Below are positions 28,757-39,407 of a DNA stretch of 64,000 nt, piece after piece. The position numbers were made by a program, and so were the translations under genes. The stretch is from Algoriphagus sp. (lineage in GTDB: Bacteria > Bacteroidota > Bacteroidia > Cytophagales > Cyclobacteriaceae). Each line of letters begins with the position of its first letter. The stretch's first letter is position 1. The notes beneath the pieces are model-generated. The model searched no databases, was not told the DNA's origin, and saw only the letters and a program-made list of their open reading frames with translations. The stretch lies in NCBI RefSeq assembly GCF_039969895.1, contig NZ_JBDVMZ010000008.1, forward strand, positions 66,262-130,261, in the 5' to 3' direction.

Positions 28757-29281
28757 ATGATCAAGATAATCATCGGAACCAACCGCAGGAATTCTGTTTC
28801 AAAAACTATTGCTGAGCTGTATCAAAGCATTCTAAAAGAGAAGGGAGAACAATCGGAAATCCTAGAGTTAGAAGATTTACCCGGTGACTTTATAGATAAT
28901 GCACTCTATGAAAATAATGGGAAACATGAGTTGTATAATAAATTCCACGATCAACTAGTGGACGGGAAAAAGTTCGTATTTATCGTCCCTGAGTACAATG
29001 GATCCTTTCCGGGAATCCTAAAAACCTTTATCGACGGGATGACCTACCCTAATACATTTAGGGGCAAAAAATGTGCAATGGTGGGATTATCATCTGGAAT
29101 AGGCGGGGGTGGCATCGCTATGAGCCACCTTACCGACATCTTCCATTATCTGGGAATGAACGTCCTTGCTCTTCAACCAAAACTGGCTAAAATAGAACAA
29201 AATATGTCAGATAACCTGCTCACCAACAGGCTGTACATGGACTTGCTTCAAACCCAGGCAGACATGCTGCTAGAATTTTAG
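28757..29281 (+). CDS. NADPH-dependent FMN reductase
   Basis: GTNRRNS and PEYNGSFPGILK motifs; start moved to ATG 28757. Confidence 0.9.
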   Translation: MIKIIIGTNRRNSVSKTIAELYQSILKEKGEQSEILELEDLPGDFIDNALYENNGKHELYNKFHDQLVDGKKFVFIVPEYNGSFPGILKTFIDGMTYPNTFRGKKCAMVGLSSGIGGGGIAMSHLTDIFHYLGMNVLALQPKLAKIEQNMSDNLLTNRLYMDLLQTQADMLLEF

Positions 29282-29284
29282 GAC

Positions 29285-30979
29285 TTAGTCCACATTATCG
29301 TGCAGGAATCTATTATTACCTAGAATCTCATTCTCATCGCTCAAGTTGTACTTGCTGATGCTTGGCTCTGAGCTATGCTGAGGTTCGTTCAACACAACAT
29401 TCTTACGCTGATAAGCCGGTACTTCCATTTTTTCCTTCAATTCCTCAGGAGTTGGATTGAAAGCACGGTTGCCCTTTAGCTTTTCGAAGCGCTCGTGAGC
29501 TCTCTGAATTGCCTTCTGCTTCATTTGCTCATAGTAATCATTAGCAAATGCCGGAGTAGCTGCCTCCTCTTCTTTTTTAGGCTGTTCTACATTTTTCTTC
29601 TCTTCCTCTTCTTCGAAAAGATCATGAACGATTTTCTCCTGTCTTGGCTTAGGCGCTTCCGCTTTCACTTCTTCTTTAGGCTTCATGAAAGAGAAAATGC
29701 TTTCTTTCTTGACAGCAGGCTTAGGAGCTTCGATTGGCTCTTCTACTTTCTTTGGTGCTTCTGCAGCTGGTCTCACTTCGGCAATTGGAGCAGCTACTGG
29801 AGCTTTAGGCAGATTGAACGTAAAAGTAGTTCCGTTCCCTACTGATTCTTCCTTCACTTTCTCAGATTTACCAGAGTCAAGATTAATTACCGTTTTTTCT
29901 TCTTCTACCTCGGCTATTGGAGCACTTGGAACTGGGGCAGGAGCAGGAATAACTACCGCCTTTTGAGTTTCTACTACTTTGGATGAACCTTGAAGTCTGT
30001 CCATTTCAAAACCAGTGGCAATCACTGTCACTCGGATAGCTTTGCCCAATTCTGGATCTATACCCTGACCGAAAATCACTTCAGCATTGTCACCTGCTTT
30101 CTCCTGGATGTACTCAGTGATTTCGCTCAATTCGTCCATAGACAATTCCTCGTCCTCACCAGACATGATGGAAAGTAGAATTTTCTCAGCACCTTTAATA
30201 TCCACATTGTTCAGCAATGGTGACGAGATAGCAGCACCGGCAGCGCGTATCGCACGTCCTTCACCTTCCTCAGTGGAAGAACCCATCACGGCAGCACCAG
30301 CATCTTTCATTACAGTCTTCACATCTTCAAAATCCACGTTGACATCCTGATGAACAGTAATGATCTCAGCGATGGATCTCGCAGCAGTAGATAAAATATC
30401 ATCCGCTTTGCTGAAAGCTGTTCTGATGGCCAAGTTGCCATAGATCTCTCTCAGTTTATCATTCAAAATAACCAGCACGGTATCGCAGTTTTCGCGAAGC
30501 GCTTCAATACCTGCCTGAGCTACATTCATTTTCTTCTTTCCTTCGAACATGAATGGAGCGGTCACAATACCCACAGTCAGGATATTCAACTCTTTCGCAA
30601 CTCGAGCTACCACAGGAGCTGCACCAGTACCGGTACCTCCACCCATTCCAGCAGTGATGAATACCATTTTGGTATTGTCTGCTAATAGTTCTCTGATCTC
30701 ATCCTCAGATTCTATTGCTGCATTTTTTCCTTGCTCAGGATTTGCGCCAGCACCCAACCCTTCAGTCAAATTGGCGCCAAGCTGCAATCTAAGTGGAACT
30801 GGGCTAGACTTAAGTGCCTGCGCGTCGGTGTTGACTACCACGAACTCAACGTCCTTAATTCCTAGACCGAACATGTGGTTTACGGCATTGGAGCCGCCTC
30901 CACCTACACCGATTACTTTAATAATCGACTTCGGATTTTTGTGTAAATCAAATCTGTAATCTTTCATGTTATCTGACAT
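29285..30979 (-). CDS. ftsZ: Cell division protein FtsZ
   Basis: GVGGGGSNA, GMGGGTGTG and NVDFED motifs; long Ala/Pro/Glu linker; VPAYQR tail. Confidence 0.98.
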   Translation of the reverse strand: MSDNMKDYRFDLHKNPKSIIKVIGVGGGGSNAVNHMFGLGIKDVEFVVVNTDAQALKSSPVPLRLQLGANLTEGLGAGANPEQGKNAAIESEDEIRELLADNTKMVFITAGMGGGTGTGAAPVVARVAKELNILTVGIVTAPFMFEGKKKMNVAQAGIEALRENCDTVLVILNDKLREIYGNLAIRTAFSKADDILSTAARSIAEIITVHQDVNVDFEDVKTVMKDAGAAVMGSSTEEGEGRAIRAAGAAISSPLLNNVDIKGAEKILLSIMSGEDEELSMDELSEITEYIQEKAGDNAEVIFGQGIDPELGKAIRVTVIATGFEMDRLQGSSKVVETQKAVVIPAPAPVPSAPIAEVEEEKTVINLDSGKSEKVKEESVGNGTTFTFNLPKAPVAAPIAEVRPAAEAPKKVEEPIEAPKPAVKKESIFSFMKPKEEVKAEAPKPRQEKIVHDLFEEEEEKKNVEQPKKEEEAATPAFANDYYEQMKQKAIQRAHERFEKLKGNRAFNPTPEELKEKMEVPAYQRKNVVLNEPQHSSEPSISKYNLSDENEILGNNRFLHDNVD

Positions 30980-31076
30980 ATTTATTGTTATTGGTGAAAT
31001 TTCTTATGGTTTTTTTAGTGGTTTTTTAAATAGGGAAATTGACAGCAAAGCCAGCAATCTCCCCTAATCATAAGCC

Positions 31077-32405
31077 CTAGTAGTTAGTATCGTCTCCGAT
31101 GTCATCGCTGAGAATGCCTTTCAGTTTCCCAGCTATTTTTTCGAATATATCTTTTGGATTAATGTCAATATTTTTTGCTCGCTTCACTGTTTTGCCGTTA
31201 GCTGTACGATTCGCATATCCCTGTTCTCTGTCGTCCAATGCTTTGAAGCCTGCAAGCACCAGACCCACAGAAGTAGCATACATGGGGCTTTTCACCTCTT
31301 CCACTACCGACTTGCCCAGATGCTCATTAGGATATCCTATTCTGGTATCCAGCCCAGTCATGTATTCGAAGAGCTGGCTGACAAACTGCAGTTGTGCTCC
31401 ACCGCCAGTGAGAACTATCCCTCCAGCCAGCTTCTTGTAGTGTCCGCTTTGCATGATCTCATTCTGAACGATCTCGATGATTTCCTCCATTCTTGCCTGA
31501 ATGATTGAAGCTAGATTTCGAATAGAAATCTCCTTTGGAGCTCTATTTCTCAAGCCGGGAATCGATACGATTTCATTTGGATTTGCCTCCTCGGTGATGG
31601 CTTTGCCAAATTTGGTTTTGAGAAGTTCCGCTTGGTTGTGCATTACCATGCAGCCTTCTTTGATGTCTTTAGTGATAATATTTCCTCCCAAAGGAATCAC
31701 AGCCGTATGACGAATAATGTTTTCATAGAAAATGGCGATGTCTGTAGTTCCGCCTCCTATGTCCACCAGGCAAACGCCTGCTTCTTTTTCATCGTCACTC
31801 AGCACAGAAAGTGAACTTGCTAACGGCTCCAGAATCAGTTGCTTGGAAACTAAATCTGCGCGGCGAACACATCTGTTGATATTATTAATGGCGGTAGTCT
31901 GAGCGGTGATGATATGGAAATCAGCTTCCAGACGAGTACCAGAATGACCTACTGGGTCTTTGATCCCACCTTCGTAATCCACCGTGTAATCCTGTGGCAT
32001 CACGTGAATGATAGTATTTCCCGGAGGGATTAGGATGTTTTCCATTTCACTGGAGAGTCTCCTCACATCTTCGATGGTGATCTCATCTTCCGTCGGGTGA
32101 CGCATGATGCTACCGCTCTGGATTTTACTCTGGATATGCTGGCCAGCGATGCCCACGATGACATCCGCGATGTCCACATTGGCCATTTCTGACGCTTCCT
32201 CTACTGCTTTTTCGATGGCGTGCACAGTCTTGTCGATATTGGTCACTACTCCACGATCAACTCCGTCCGAAACGGCTTTGCCCATGCCTAGCACCTCGAG
32301 TTTGCCATACTCATTTTTACGACCTACGATGACACAGATCTTAGTTGTCCCAATATCCAGTCCTACAATCAATTCTTTGTTTTCCATTTCCAAGCTATTA
32401 TTCAC
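31077..32405 (-). CDS. ftsA: Cell division protein FtsA
   Basis: GLDIGTTKI, VDIGGGTTD and VLTGGG motifs. Confidence 0.97.
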   Translation of the reverse strand: MNNSLEMENKELIVGLDIGTTKICVIVGRKNEYGKLEVLGMGKAVSDGVDRGVVTNIDKTVHAIEKAVEEASEMANVDIADVIVGIAGQHIQSKIQSGSIMRHPTEDEITIEDVRRLSSEMENILIPPGNTIIHVMPQDYTVDYEGGIKDPVGHSGTRLEADFHIITAQTTAINNINRCVRRADLVSKQLILEPLASSLSVLSDDEKEAGVCLVDIGGGTTDIAIFYENIIRHTAVIPLGGNIITKDIKEGCMVMHNQAELLKTKFGKAITEEANPNEIVSIPGLRNRAPKEISIRNLASIIQARMEEIIEIVQNEIMQSGHYKKLAGGIVLTGGGAQLQFVSQLFEYMTGLDTRIGYPNEHLGKSVVEEVKSPMYATSVGLVLAGFKALDDREQGYANRTANGKTVKRAKNIDINPKDIFEKIAGKLKGILSDDIGDDTNY

Positions 32406-33156
32406 AGACTATTTGATCCTTAAACTTCACACTTACCCGATCGTAAGTATTCCAGCCCTTGCGGGCCAATATTTCCTTATAGAAGACCGAAATCCGGTCA
32501 AACTTATTTGCTATATCATGTGCATCCCCAAACTCAATGACTTGTCTTCCCACTTGTTGAAAAAGGCGAATGTTATCCTTTGAATTCACTTCTAGCTCGG
32601 TGATCTGCGCATTCCAAAACTCATCTTCAGTGATGAACTCTATCAATTCCATCAGCTCAGGCATATCCGCATTGATGTCTCCTTTATCCATCAGCTTTTC
32701 CGCATAATCACCTTCCAAAATCAACACACGACTCGTATATGAAGTGGAAGTTGGAATCACCTTTCCTTCAGTGGTGATGTATCCGTCAGCTCCCATCGGT
32801 TGTGCAATTCTCGCTATCGGCTGATGCTGGCTAATCTTTAAATTCAAGATGCCTTTTTGCCCCAGCATCGCTTCCACCGACTTCACAAAGGGATGTCCGA
32901 GCAGTCTAGTTTCTATGGCTTTCATCGGCACTTGCTCCAGCATCAATCCAGCTTTCAACTCAGGGAATGCTTCACTTAGAATTTTAGTAATCTCTGCATC
33001 TTCTACGAAATACACTCCGCTTACTCCTTCTATATCTATCTCCGTTCCTTGGAAGGTCTTATACAGCGTCTGCTTTTCTACAAAGCCTATAAAACCAACC
33101 AACACCAATGTGAGCACTACAAAAGCCGCTATTTTCTTTAGGTTAGCCTTATTCAT
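32398..33156 (-). CDS. ftsQ: Cell division protein FtsQ/DivIB
   Basis: N-terminal TM, POTRA-like region; position between murC and ftsA. Confidence 0.9.
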   Translation of the reverse strand: MNKANLKKIAAFVVLTLVLVGFIGFVEKQTLYKTFQGTEIDIEGVSGVYFVEDAEITKILSEAFPELKAGLMLEQVPMKAIETRLLGHPFVKSVEAMLGQKGILNLKISQHQPIARIAQPMGADGYITTEGKVIPTSTSYTSRVLILEGDYAEKLMDKGDINADMPELMELIEFITEDEFWNAQITELEVNSKDNIRLFQQVGRQVIEFGDAHDIANKFDRISVFYKEILARKGWNTYDRVSVKFKDQIVCE

Positions 33157-34565
33157 AATGCGTATCGGTTAAGTCCCTCTTTCATCCAAGATGCAATCTC
33201 AGGCACCAGGCGGTCTATATCACCAGCACCCAGTGTCACCAAAACTTCCGGAGAGGTCTGCTTCAAATGACCCATCAACTCCTCTTTACCTACTAATTCT
33301 TTATGAGCTGTATTAATCCCTTTCAGTAGCATCGCTGATGTCACTCCCTCGATAGGAAGTTCCCGCGCAGGATAGATATCCAGCAAAATCACCGAGTCAG
33401 CCAGGGATAGACTTTCTGAGAAGCCTTCGGCAAAATCCCTGGTACGAGAAAACAAGTGCGGCTGGAAAATCACCGTTAATTTCTTCGTAGGAAACATTGC
33501 CCGAACAGAACTCAAGCAAGCTCTGATCTCCTCAGGATGATGGGCGTAGTCATCGATAAAAACATGATTACCTTCATTCACATGAATCTCAAATCTTCTC
33601 TTCACTCCTTTAAAAGAGCTTAATCCTTTTCTGATCTGCTCTTCAGAAATCTGATGATCCAATGCAATAGCGATAGCTGCCAACGCATTTTCCACATTAT
33701 GAAAACCTGGAATAAATAACTCCAAGCCCTTTATTTCATTCTTACCGTCTATATAGTCAAACACAAATGATCCCGGTCTCGCTTGAATATTCTCAGCACT
33801 GATTCCAGATGACCTCAAGCCGTATTCGCGCGTAGCCACTTTCGGAAGTTTGCCTTCTCCAAGTCTTTGCCCAGCCTGCTGCTGTATGTATAATCTTCCT
33901 TTTTTATCTACCAAATTGACGAACTCAAGGAAGCCATCCAAGATGTGCTGCTCGTCTCCATAGATATCCAGGTGATCCGGATCGGCACTTGTCAGCACTA
34001 TTTCATTTGGGTGAAGTCTGAGAAATGAGCGATCAAATTCATCCGCTTCCACCACAACTAAGGTTGGTTCCTTGGATTTTTTTCCACCCAAAATCAGATT
34101 GCTCTGATAGTTCTGAGTGATGCCACCTAGAAAAGCCACCACAGGTTTTCTCGCTGATTTCAGCATGTGGGCGATCATGGAAGAAGTGGTCGTTTTGCCG
34201 TGAGTCCCGGCAACGGAAATGGTGTAGTACGTGCTCGTCACTATACCTAGCACTTCAGATCTTTTCTTGAGTTGGAAGTTATTCTCTTTGAAGAAATTCA
34301 GTTGAGCACTTTCCTTAGGCATCGCCGGAGTCCAGATAATTAGTGATTTCTCAGGGTTGTCGATGACCTTACTTGGAATAGTAGCCTTGCTATCCTCAAA
34401 AGAAATCTGCATTCCCTCGGTGATCAATTCATCCGTCAGCGGCGAAGGCGTGCGGTCATAGCCGGACACAGCGTATCCTTCATGGCGGAACCAGCGAGCC
34501 AAGGCACTCATGCCTATGCCGCCTATACCGATCAAGTGGACGCTATTTATACCTTCGAAACTCAT
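33153..34565 (-). CDS. murC: UDP-N-acetylmuramate--L-alanine ligase
   Basis: IGIGGIGMSA, AGTHGKTTT, EADE and DDYAHHP motifs. Confidence 0.97.
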   Translation of the reverse strand: MSFEGINSVHLIGIGGIGMSALARWFRHEGYAVSGYDRTPSPLTDELITEGMQISFEDSKATIPSKVIDNPEKSLIIWTPAMPKESAQLNFFKENNFQLKKRSEVLGIVTSTYYTISVAGTHGKTTTSSMIAHMLKSARKPVVAFLGGITQNYQSNLILGGKKSKEPTLVVVEADEFDRSFLRLHPNEIVLTSADPDHLDIYGDEQHILDGFLEFVNLVDKKGRLYIQQQAGQRLGEGKLPKVATREYGLRSSGISAENIQARPGSFVFDYIDGKNEIKGLELFIPGFHNVENALAAIAIALDHQISEEQIRKGLSSFKGVKRRFEIHVNEGNHVFIDDYAHHPEEIRACLSSVRAMFPTKKLTVIFQPHLFSRTRDFAEGFSESLSLADSVILLDIYPARELPIEGVTSAMLLKGINTAHKELVGKEELMGHLKQTSPEVLVTLGAGDIDRLVPEIASWMKEGLNRYAL

Positions 34566-35671
34566 ACAATCAATTGCTCTAATTCTTCCACTATGGCGAT
34601 TGCCGCATTCGGCTTAGCCAGATTCTTTATATTTTTTCCTAATGCTTCAGACAGTTGTGCGTCTTTCATTAGCTCAGTTACTTTTTGTTCCAACCTGCCT
34701 ACGGCTTCAGAATCCTTCAAAAGCAACGCTGCATCATGGCTGACATAAGCCATGGCATTTTTGGTTTGATGGTCCTCGGCTACATTTGGAGATGGGATAA
34801 AGATGACCGGCTTACCCACGAGCGAAAGCTCAGAAACCGACAATGCGCCAGCTCTCGACACGATCACATCAGCTGCAGCATAAGCAAGATCCATCTCGCG
34901 AATGAACTCATTGAGATGAATAGTTGTCAGGCCAGATTCAGCCAGCTTGGATTTCATTTCCTGGAAATAAAACTTGCCACACTGCCAAAGAACCTGATAG
35001 CCCTCAGCCTCCAACTTTCGCATATCTGCGAGTACCGCATTATTCAGCGTCCTAGCTCCCAGCGATCCACCCAATACCAAAAGCGTTTTTTTTGCTAGAT
35101 CAAGTCCAAAATGGGCAATTGCCTTTTCTCTTTTTCCTGACAAGTCAAGAATATCCTTGCGAACAGGATTGCCTGTATAGGCGATTCTGTCAGCTGAGAA
35201 AAAACGGTCCATGTCAGGGTATGCAACACAGATTTTCTTGGCTCGTTTAGCCAAAATTTTATTGGTCAAGCCAGCATAGGAGTTTTGCTCCTGCACCAGC
35301 GTAGGAATTCCAATTTTTTGCGCAGCATAGAGAACAGGTCCACTTGCATAGCCGCCTACTCCTACCACAGCATCAGGTTTGAATTCCTTTATTATTTGCG
35401 AAGCTTGAGTTAGGCTTTTCAAGAGTTTGAAAGGAAACTTCAGGTTTTCCAAAGTCAGGCTTCTCTGCAATCCAGCCACTGGAAGACCTTTGATTCGATA
35501 CCCAGCCTCTGGCACCTTCTGCATTTCCATCTTGCCCAAAGCACCCACAAATAAGATCTCGCTGGCAGGATGTTTTTCCTTCCAAGCATGGGCAATAGCG
35601 ATAGCCGGATAGATATGCCCTCCGGTACCTCCACCACTGATCAAAATGCGATATGTGCGCTGTGCGTTAAT
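34562..35671 (-). CDS. murG: Undecaprenyl-PP-MurNAc-pentapeptide GlcNAc transferase; start uncertain (ATT 35671 proposed, TTG 35644 in ORF track)
   Basis: SGGGTGGHIYPA, GGSLGA and SRAGA motifs; in-frame upstream codons read INAQRTYRIL. Confidence 0.95.
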   Translation of the reverse strand: MNAQRTYRILISGGGTGGHIYPAIAIAHAWKEKHPASEILFVGALGKMEMQKVPEAGYRIKGLPVAGLQRSLTLENLKFPFKLLKSLTQASQIIKEFKPDAVVGVGGYASGPVLYAAQKIGIPTLVQEQNSYAGLTNKILAKRAKKICVAYPDMDRFFSADRIAYTGNPVRKDILDLSGKREKAIAHFGLDLAKKTLLVLGGSLGARTLNNAVLADMRKLEAEGYQVLWQCGKFYFQEMKSKLAESGLTTIHLNEFIREMDLAYAAADVIVSRAGALSVSELSLVGKPVIFIPSPNVAEDHQTKNAMAYVSHDAALLLKDSEAVGRLEQKVTELMKDAQLSEALGKNIKNLAKPNAAIAIVEELEQLIV

Positions 35672-35673
35672 AA

Positions 35674-36843
35674 TTATGCGGTTTTAAGTCTAGATCTATT
35701 TCCTATTGTTGAGGTGCTGGCATGCGATTCGTCTTGGTGATCTCCTCGACTAACCGACAGGATAATCCCAAGGGAAATCCCTGTAAATACCAGCGATGTC
35801 CCACCCATGCTGAGGAGCGGAAGTGGCAAACCTGTGATTGGTCCCAGCCCAACTGCGACAGCCATATTGACTAATGCTTGGATTACCAATGCGAAACTCA
35901 ATCCCGCAGATAGCAATCCTCCAAATGCTTTATTGGAATTTGCCACGATCCGCATGCCTCTGTAAAGCAGCGCGAGGTAGAGGAACAGCACAGAGAATCC
36001 TCCGATCAGTCCATATTCCTCGATGATGATGGCATAGATAAAATCAGAATAAGGATGCGGAAGTGAATTTCTCTGCTCAGAGTTCCCTGGACCTTTTCCT
36101 CCAATTCCTCCAGTTGCGATAGCGATATAAGACTGCTCAGCCTGAAAGGGAACCTCATCTTTATTGAGAAAATCCTCCACTCTGGAAACCAGTGTAGCAC
36201 CTCTTTGGCCGATGAATCCGGCAGCGGTTAATCCCAGCGCGCCGACCAGTAAAACCATGGCCAAATACTTCACTGGAACTCTGCCAATAAACATGATTAA
36301 AAGGCAGGTAAGCAAAAGCAAAATCGCTGTTGAGAAATTCGCCATGGCGATCAATCCACTGATCAACCCTATCGCAATAATGATCGGTACAAACGTGCTT
36401 TTAAAGTCTTTGATATTATTCTGTCTTCTTGCCAGCATCCCAGCAATCGAAGCAATCAAGGCCAGTTTTGCCAAATCTGAAGGCTGGAATGCCTGATTGA
36501 TTACCGGAATGGTAATCCAGCGATTTGCTTCATTGATATTGGAACCAAAAAGGTACGTCACCAACAAAAGAGGAATAGAAATAATGACGCCCAAACGTGC
36601 GTAAACGGCGTATTTTCTATAGGGAATTTTATGCGCTCCCCACATGACCACAAGCGATACTAGAATTAGCATAGAATGCCTGATCAAGTAGATCTCGGTA
36701 TTTCCACCGGCATACTTGTACGCCAAGGAACCCGTAGCGGAATACACTACCAGAATACTGAAAAGCGATAATAGAATGACAATGCCCCAAATGATTGGGT
36801 CGCCTTTGAAATTTCTATCTATCCATGCCTTAAACTGATTCAT
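35674..36843 (-). CDS. ftsW: SEDS-family cell division protein FtsW
   Basis: ANRWI, QPSDLAK, GGKGPGNS, HPYSDFI and LPLLSMGGTS motifs. Confidence 0.95.
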   Translation of the reverse strand: MNQFKAWIDRNFKGDPIIWGIVILLSLFSILVVYSATGSLAYKYAGGNTEIYLIRHSMLILVSLVVMWGAHKIPYRKYAVYARLGVIISIPLLLVTYLFGSNINEANRWITIPVINQAFQPSDLAKLALIASIAGMLARRQNNIKDFKSTFVPIIIAIGLISGLIAMANFSTAILLLLTCLLIMFIGRVPVKYLAMVLLVGALGLTAAGFIGQRGATLVSRVEDFLNKDEVPFQAEQSYIAIATGGIGGKGPGNSEQRNSLPHPYSDFIYAIIIEEYGLIGGFSVLFLYLALLYRGMRIVANSNKAFGGLLSAGLSFALVIQALVNMAVAVGLGPITGLPLPLLSMGGTSLVFTGISLGIILSVSRGDHQDESHASTSTIGNRSRLKTA

Positions 36844-38189
36844 GCGATGGCTTTCGGTTTTAGGTTCTCTACCGCGGTGCGGAATTGCCTCCCGCGATCC
36901 TCATAATTTTTAAATAAGTCGAAGCTGGCGCAGGCTGGGGATAGCAAAACCACATCTCCTGACTCTCCAATTTCTTGTCCCCAGATCACAGCTTCAGCGA
37001 TATCTTGAGTTTCCCGGATATCTTTGATCTGAGCAGCAAATGCTTTTTTCAATTTCTCATTGTCCTTTCCTAGACAAATCAGGCTTTTCACTTTTTCGGT
37101 CAATGGGGAAAGGACCGTGTAGTCATTTCCCTTGTCCACACCTCCAGCGATCCAGATTAATGGATTTTCGTAGCTCGCTAAGGCATATGCCGTCGCCTCT
37201 ACATTGGTTCCTTTGCTGTCGTTGATGAATTTCACTCCATCGACCTCTCTGATCAGCTCCATGCGATGAGGGGCGTTTTTGAACGTCGGGAAAGCCAGCA
37301 TCAAATCCACCTCGCTCACTCCGGCGATCAAAGCTGCAGAACCGGCACATAGCGAATTCAGCAGGTTGTGTTTCCCTTTGAGCGAAAGAGTATCCACTGG
37401 GACACGAACTGATTTTTCCGCAATCGCAAAAACCAATTCCTCACCATTCGTCCAAGCTCCAGCATTCTGTACTTCCAAAGCAGAAATCCACAGAATAGAA
37501 GCGTTTATCTCATTTGTCTTCAGACCTTTTTGCGTCAGCTCATCTTCTGCAAAAAGAATGGCTTGATCCTCTGAAGTCATATTTTTGAAGATCCCAAACT
37601 TAGAATCTATGTAATTCTCAATCTTGTATTCGTAGCGATCCAAGTGATCAGGAGTGATGTTGCAAAGAATCGCCACTGAAGGTTTGAAGTTGACAAAACC
37701 GTCAATCTGGAAACTGCTACACTCAATCACCCACCAAGCATGATCTGTATCTAGCAGTTGACCTGCCCAGCTCTGGCCTACATTTCCAGCCAATCCCACA
37801 TCCAGACCAGCTTCCTTCATCAGATGATAAGTGAGTAAAGTCGTGGTAGTCTTGCCATTGGTCCCGGTGATTGCGATCACTTTTCCTGAGCTATAGCCAA
37901 AAGCAAATTCCAACTCATCGATGATTGGAATGCCTGTCAAAGCTGCCTTAGTGACCATTTCAATCTTCGGAGAAATGCCTGGACTTTTGATGATCAGATG
38001 AGCACTTAGGATTTTATCTTCCGAATGGTTTCCCTCTTCAAAGTCAATTTCCAATCGCTCCATTTCAGCTTTTCTAGCTGGAGAAATCTGTCCTCCATCT
38101 GAAACGAAAACGGCATAGCCCTTCTGTCTGGCAAGCATTGCTGCTCCCAATCCGCTTTCTCCTGCGCCCAGAACGACTAGTTTCTTCAT
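36840..38189 (-). CDS. murD: UDP-MurNAc-L-Ala--D-Glu ligase
   Basis: [28 protein letters not shown] and SPACASFD motifs. Confidence 0.97.
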   Translation of the reverse strand: MKKLVVLGAGESGLGAAMLARQKGYAVFVSDGGQISPARKAEMERLEIDFEEGNHSEDKILSAHLIIKSPGISPKIEMVTKAALTGIPIIDELEFAFGYSSGKVIAITGTNGKTTTTLLTYHLMKEAGLDVGLAGNVGQSWAGQLLDTDHAWWVIECSSFQIDGFVNFKPSVAILCNITPDHLDRYEYKIENYIDSKFGIFKNMTSEDQAILFAEDELTQKGLKTNEINASILWISALEVQNAGAWTNGEELVFAIAEKSVRVPVDTLSLKGKHNLLNSLCAGSAALIAGVSEVDLMLAFPTFKNAPHRMELIREVDGVKFINDSKGTNVEATAYALASYENPLIWIAGGVDKGNDYTVLSPLTEKVKSLICLGKDNEKLKKAFAAQIKDIRETQDIAEAVIWGQEIGESGDVVLLSPACASFDLFKNYEDRGRQFRTAVENLKPKAIA

Positions 38190-38194
38190 TTCTA

Positions 38195-39406
38195 TTACCT
38201 CAGTTTTAATGTTGCCAAAGTGATTACTGCCAATAGAATTCCCACAATCCAGAATCGGGTTACGATTTTGGCCTCTGGGATATTTTTCTTCTGATAATGA
38301 TGGTGAAGCGGGGACATCAGGAAGATCCTTCTGCCTTCCCCATATTTTTTCTTAGTGTATTTAAAATAACCCACTTGGAGCATTACACTTACATTTTCAA
38401 TCACAAAAACTCCACACATCACAGGGATGAGCAGTTCTTTGCGAAGCGTCAAAGCCAACACTGCGATCACTCCTCCGAGCATCAAACTGCCCGTGTCGCC
38501 CATGAAAACCTGCGCCGGATAGGCATTGTACCAAAGGAATCCCACGCATGCACCTATGAATGCTGACGCAAAAATCACCAGCTCGCCCGAGTTGGGGATG
38601 TACATGATATTGAGATAGGAGGAGAAAATGGCGTTGCCAGAGATGTAGGCGAAAATCGCAATCGTCAATCCAATGATGGCCGAGGTTCCTGCAGCCAAAC
38701 CATCTATTCCGTCGGTGATGTTGGCACCGTTGGAAACGGCCGTGATGATGAAAGTCACCACGAAAATGTATAGAATCGGAGTCATCGCCTCGCCCATGAA
38801 GCCCAACAAAGTCTCGTAGTTCAGTTCGTTGTTTTTAGTGAAAGGAATAGTAGTCTTCGCCACTTTCACGTCACGATAAGTTGGAGTCTCTACCACGCCT
38901 TCCTCGATGGAAACTGGATTGGTGAACTCACGGATAACTACACTTTCATTAAAATAAAGCGTGGAACCCACGATAATACCGATGCCGATTTGGCCGATGA
39001 TTTTAAATCTTCCGGCAAGACCTTCTTTGTTTTTCTTGAAAACCTTGATGTAATCATCGATAAAACCAATCGTGCCTAGCCAAACTGTAGTGATCAGCAA
39101 AAGGATGATGTAGATATTATTCAGATCTGCGAAAAGCAACGTAGGAATCAAGATCGCAGCCATGATCATCAAGCCACCCATAGTAGGTGTACCTTTTTTC
39201 TCCTGCTGACCTTTCAAACCTAAATCTCTTACTGTCTCTCCGATCTGCTTATTTCTGATCCAGGCGATGATTTTGTGACCAAATGAAATAGTAATGACCA
39301 ATGAAAAAACCGCAGCCATTCCCGCACGAAAGGAAATATAGCGAAACACCCCTGCGCCAGGCAGATCCATCACTTTGTCCAAATAGTCAAAAAGTGGGTA
39401 TAACAT
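38195..39406 (-). CDS. mraY: Phospho-MurNAc-pentapeptide transferase
   Basis: [23 protein letters not shown] and PLHHH motifs. Confidence 0.97.
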   Translation of the reverse strand: MLYPLFDYLDKVMDLPGAGVFRYISFRAGMAAVFSLVITISFGHKIIAWIRNKQIGETVRDLGLKGQQEKKGTPTMGGLMIMAAILIPTLLFADLNNIYIILLLITTVWLGTIGFIDDYIKVFKKNKEGLAGRFKIIGQIGIGIIVGSTLYFNESVVIREFTNPVSIEEGVVETPTYRDVKVAKTTIPFTKNNELNYETLLGFMGEAMTPILYIFVVTFIITAVSNGANITDGIDGLAAGTSAIIGLTIAIFAYISGNAIFSSYLNIMYIPNSGELVIFASAFIGACVGFLWYNAYPAQVFMGDTGSLMLGGVIAVLALTLRKELLIPVMCGVFVIENVSVMLQVGYFKYTKKKYGEGRRIFLMSPLHHHYQKKNIPEAKIVTRFWIVGILLAVITLATLKLR

Positions 39407-39407
39407 T

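Noticed and set aside
29400-29990. Long low-complexity insert in ftsZ
   Set aside because: Extended Ala/Pro/Glu linkers are normal for Bacteroidota FtsZ; no intein motifs.
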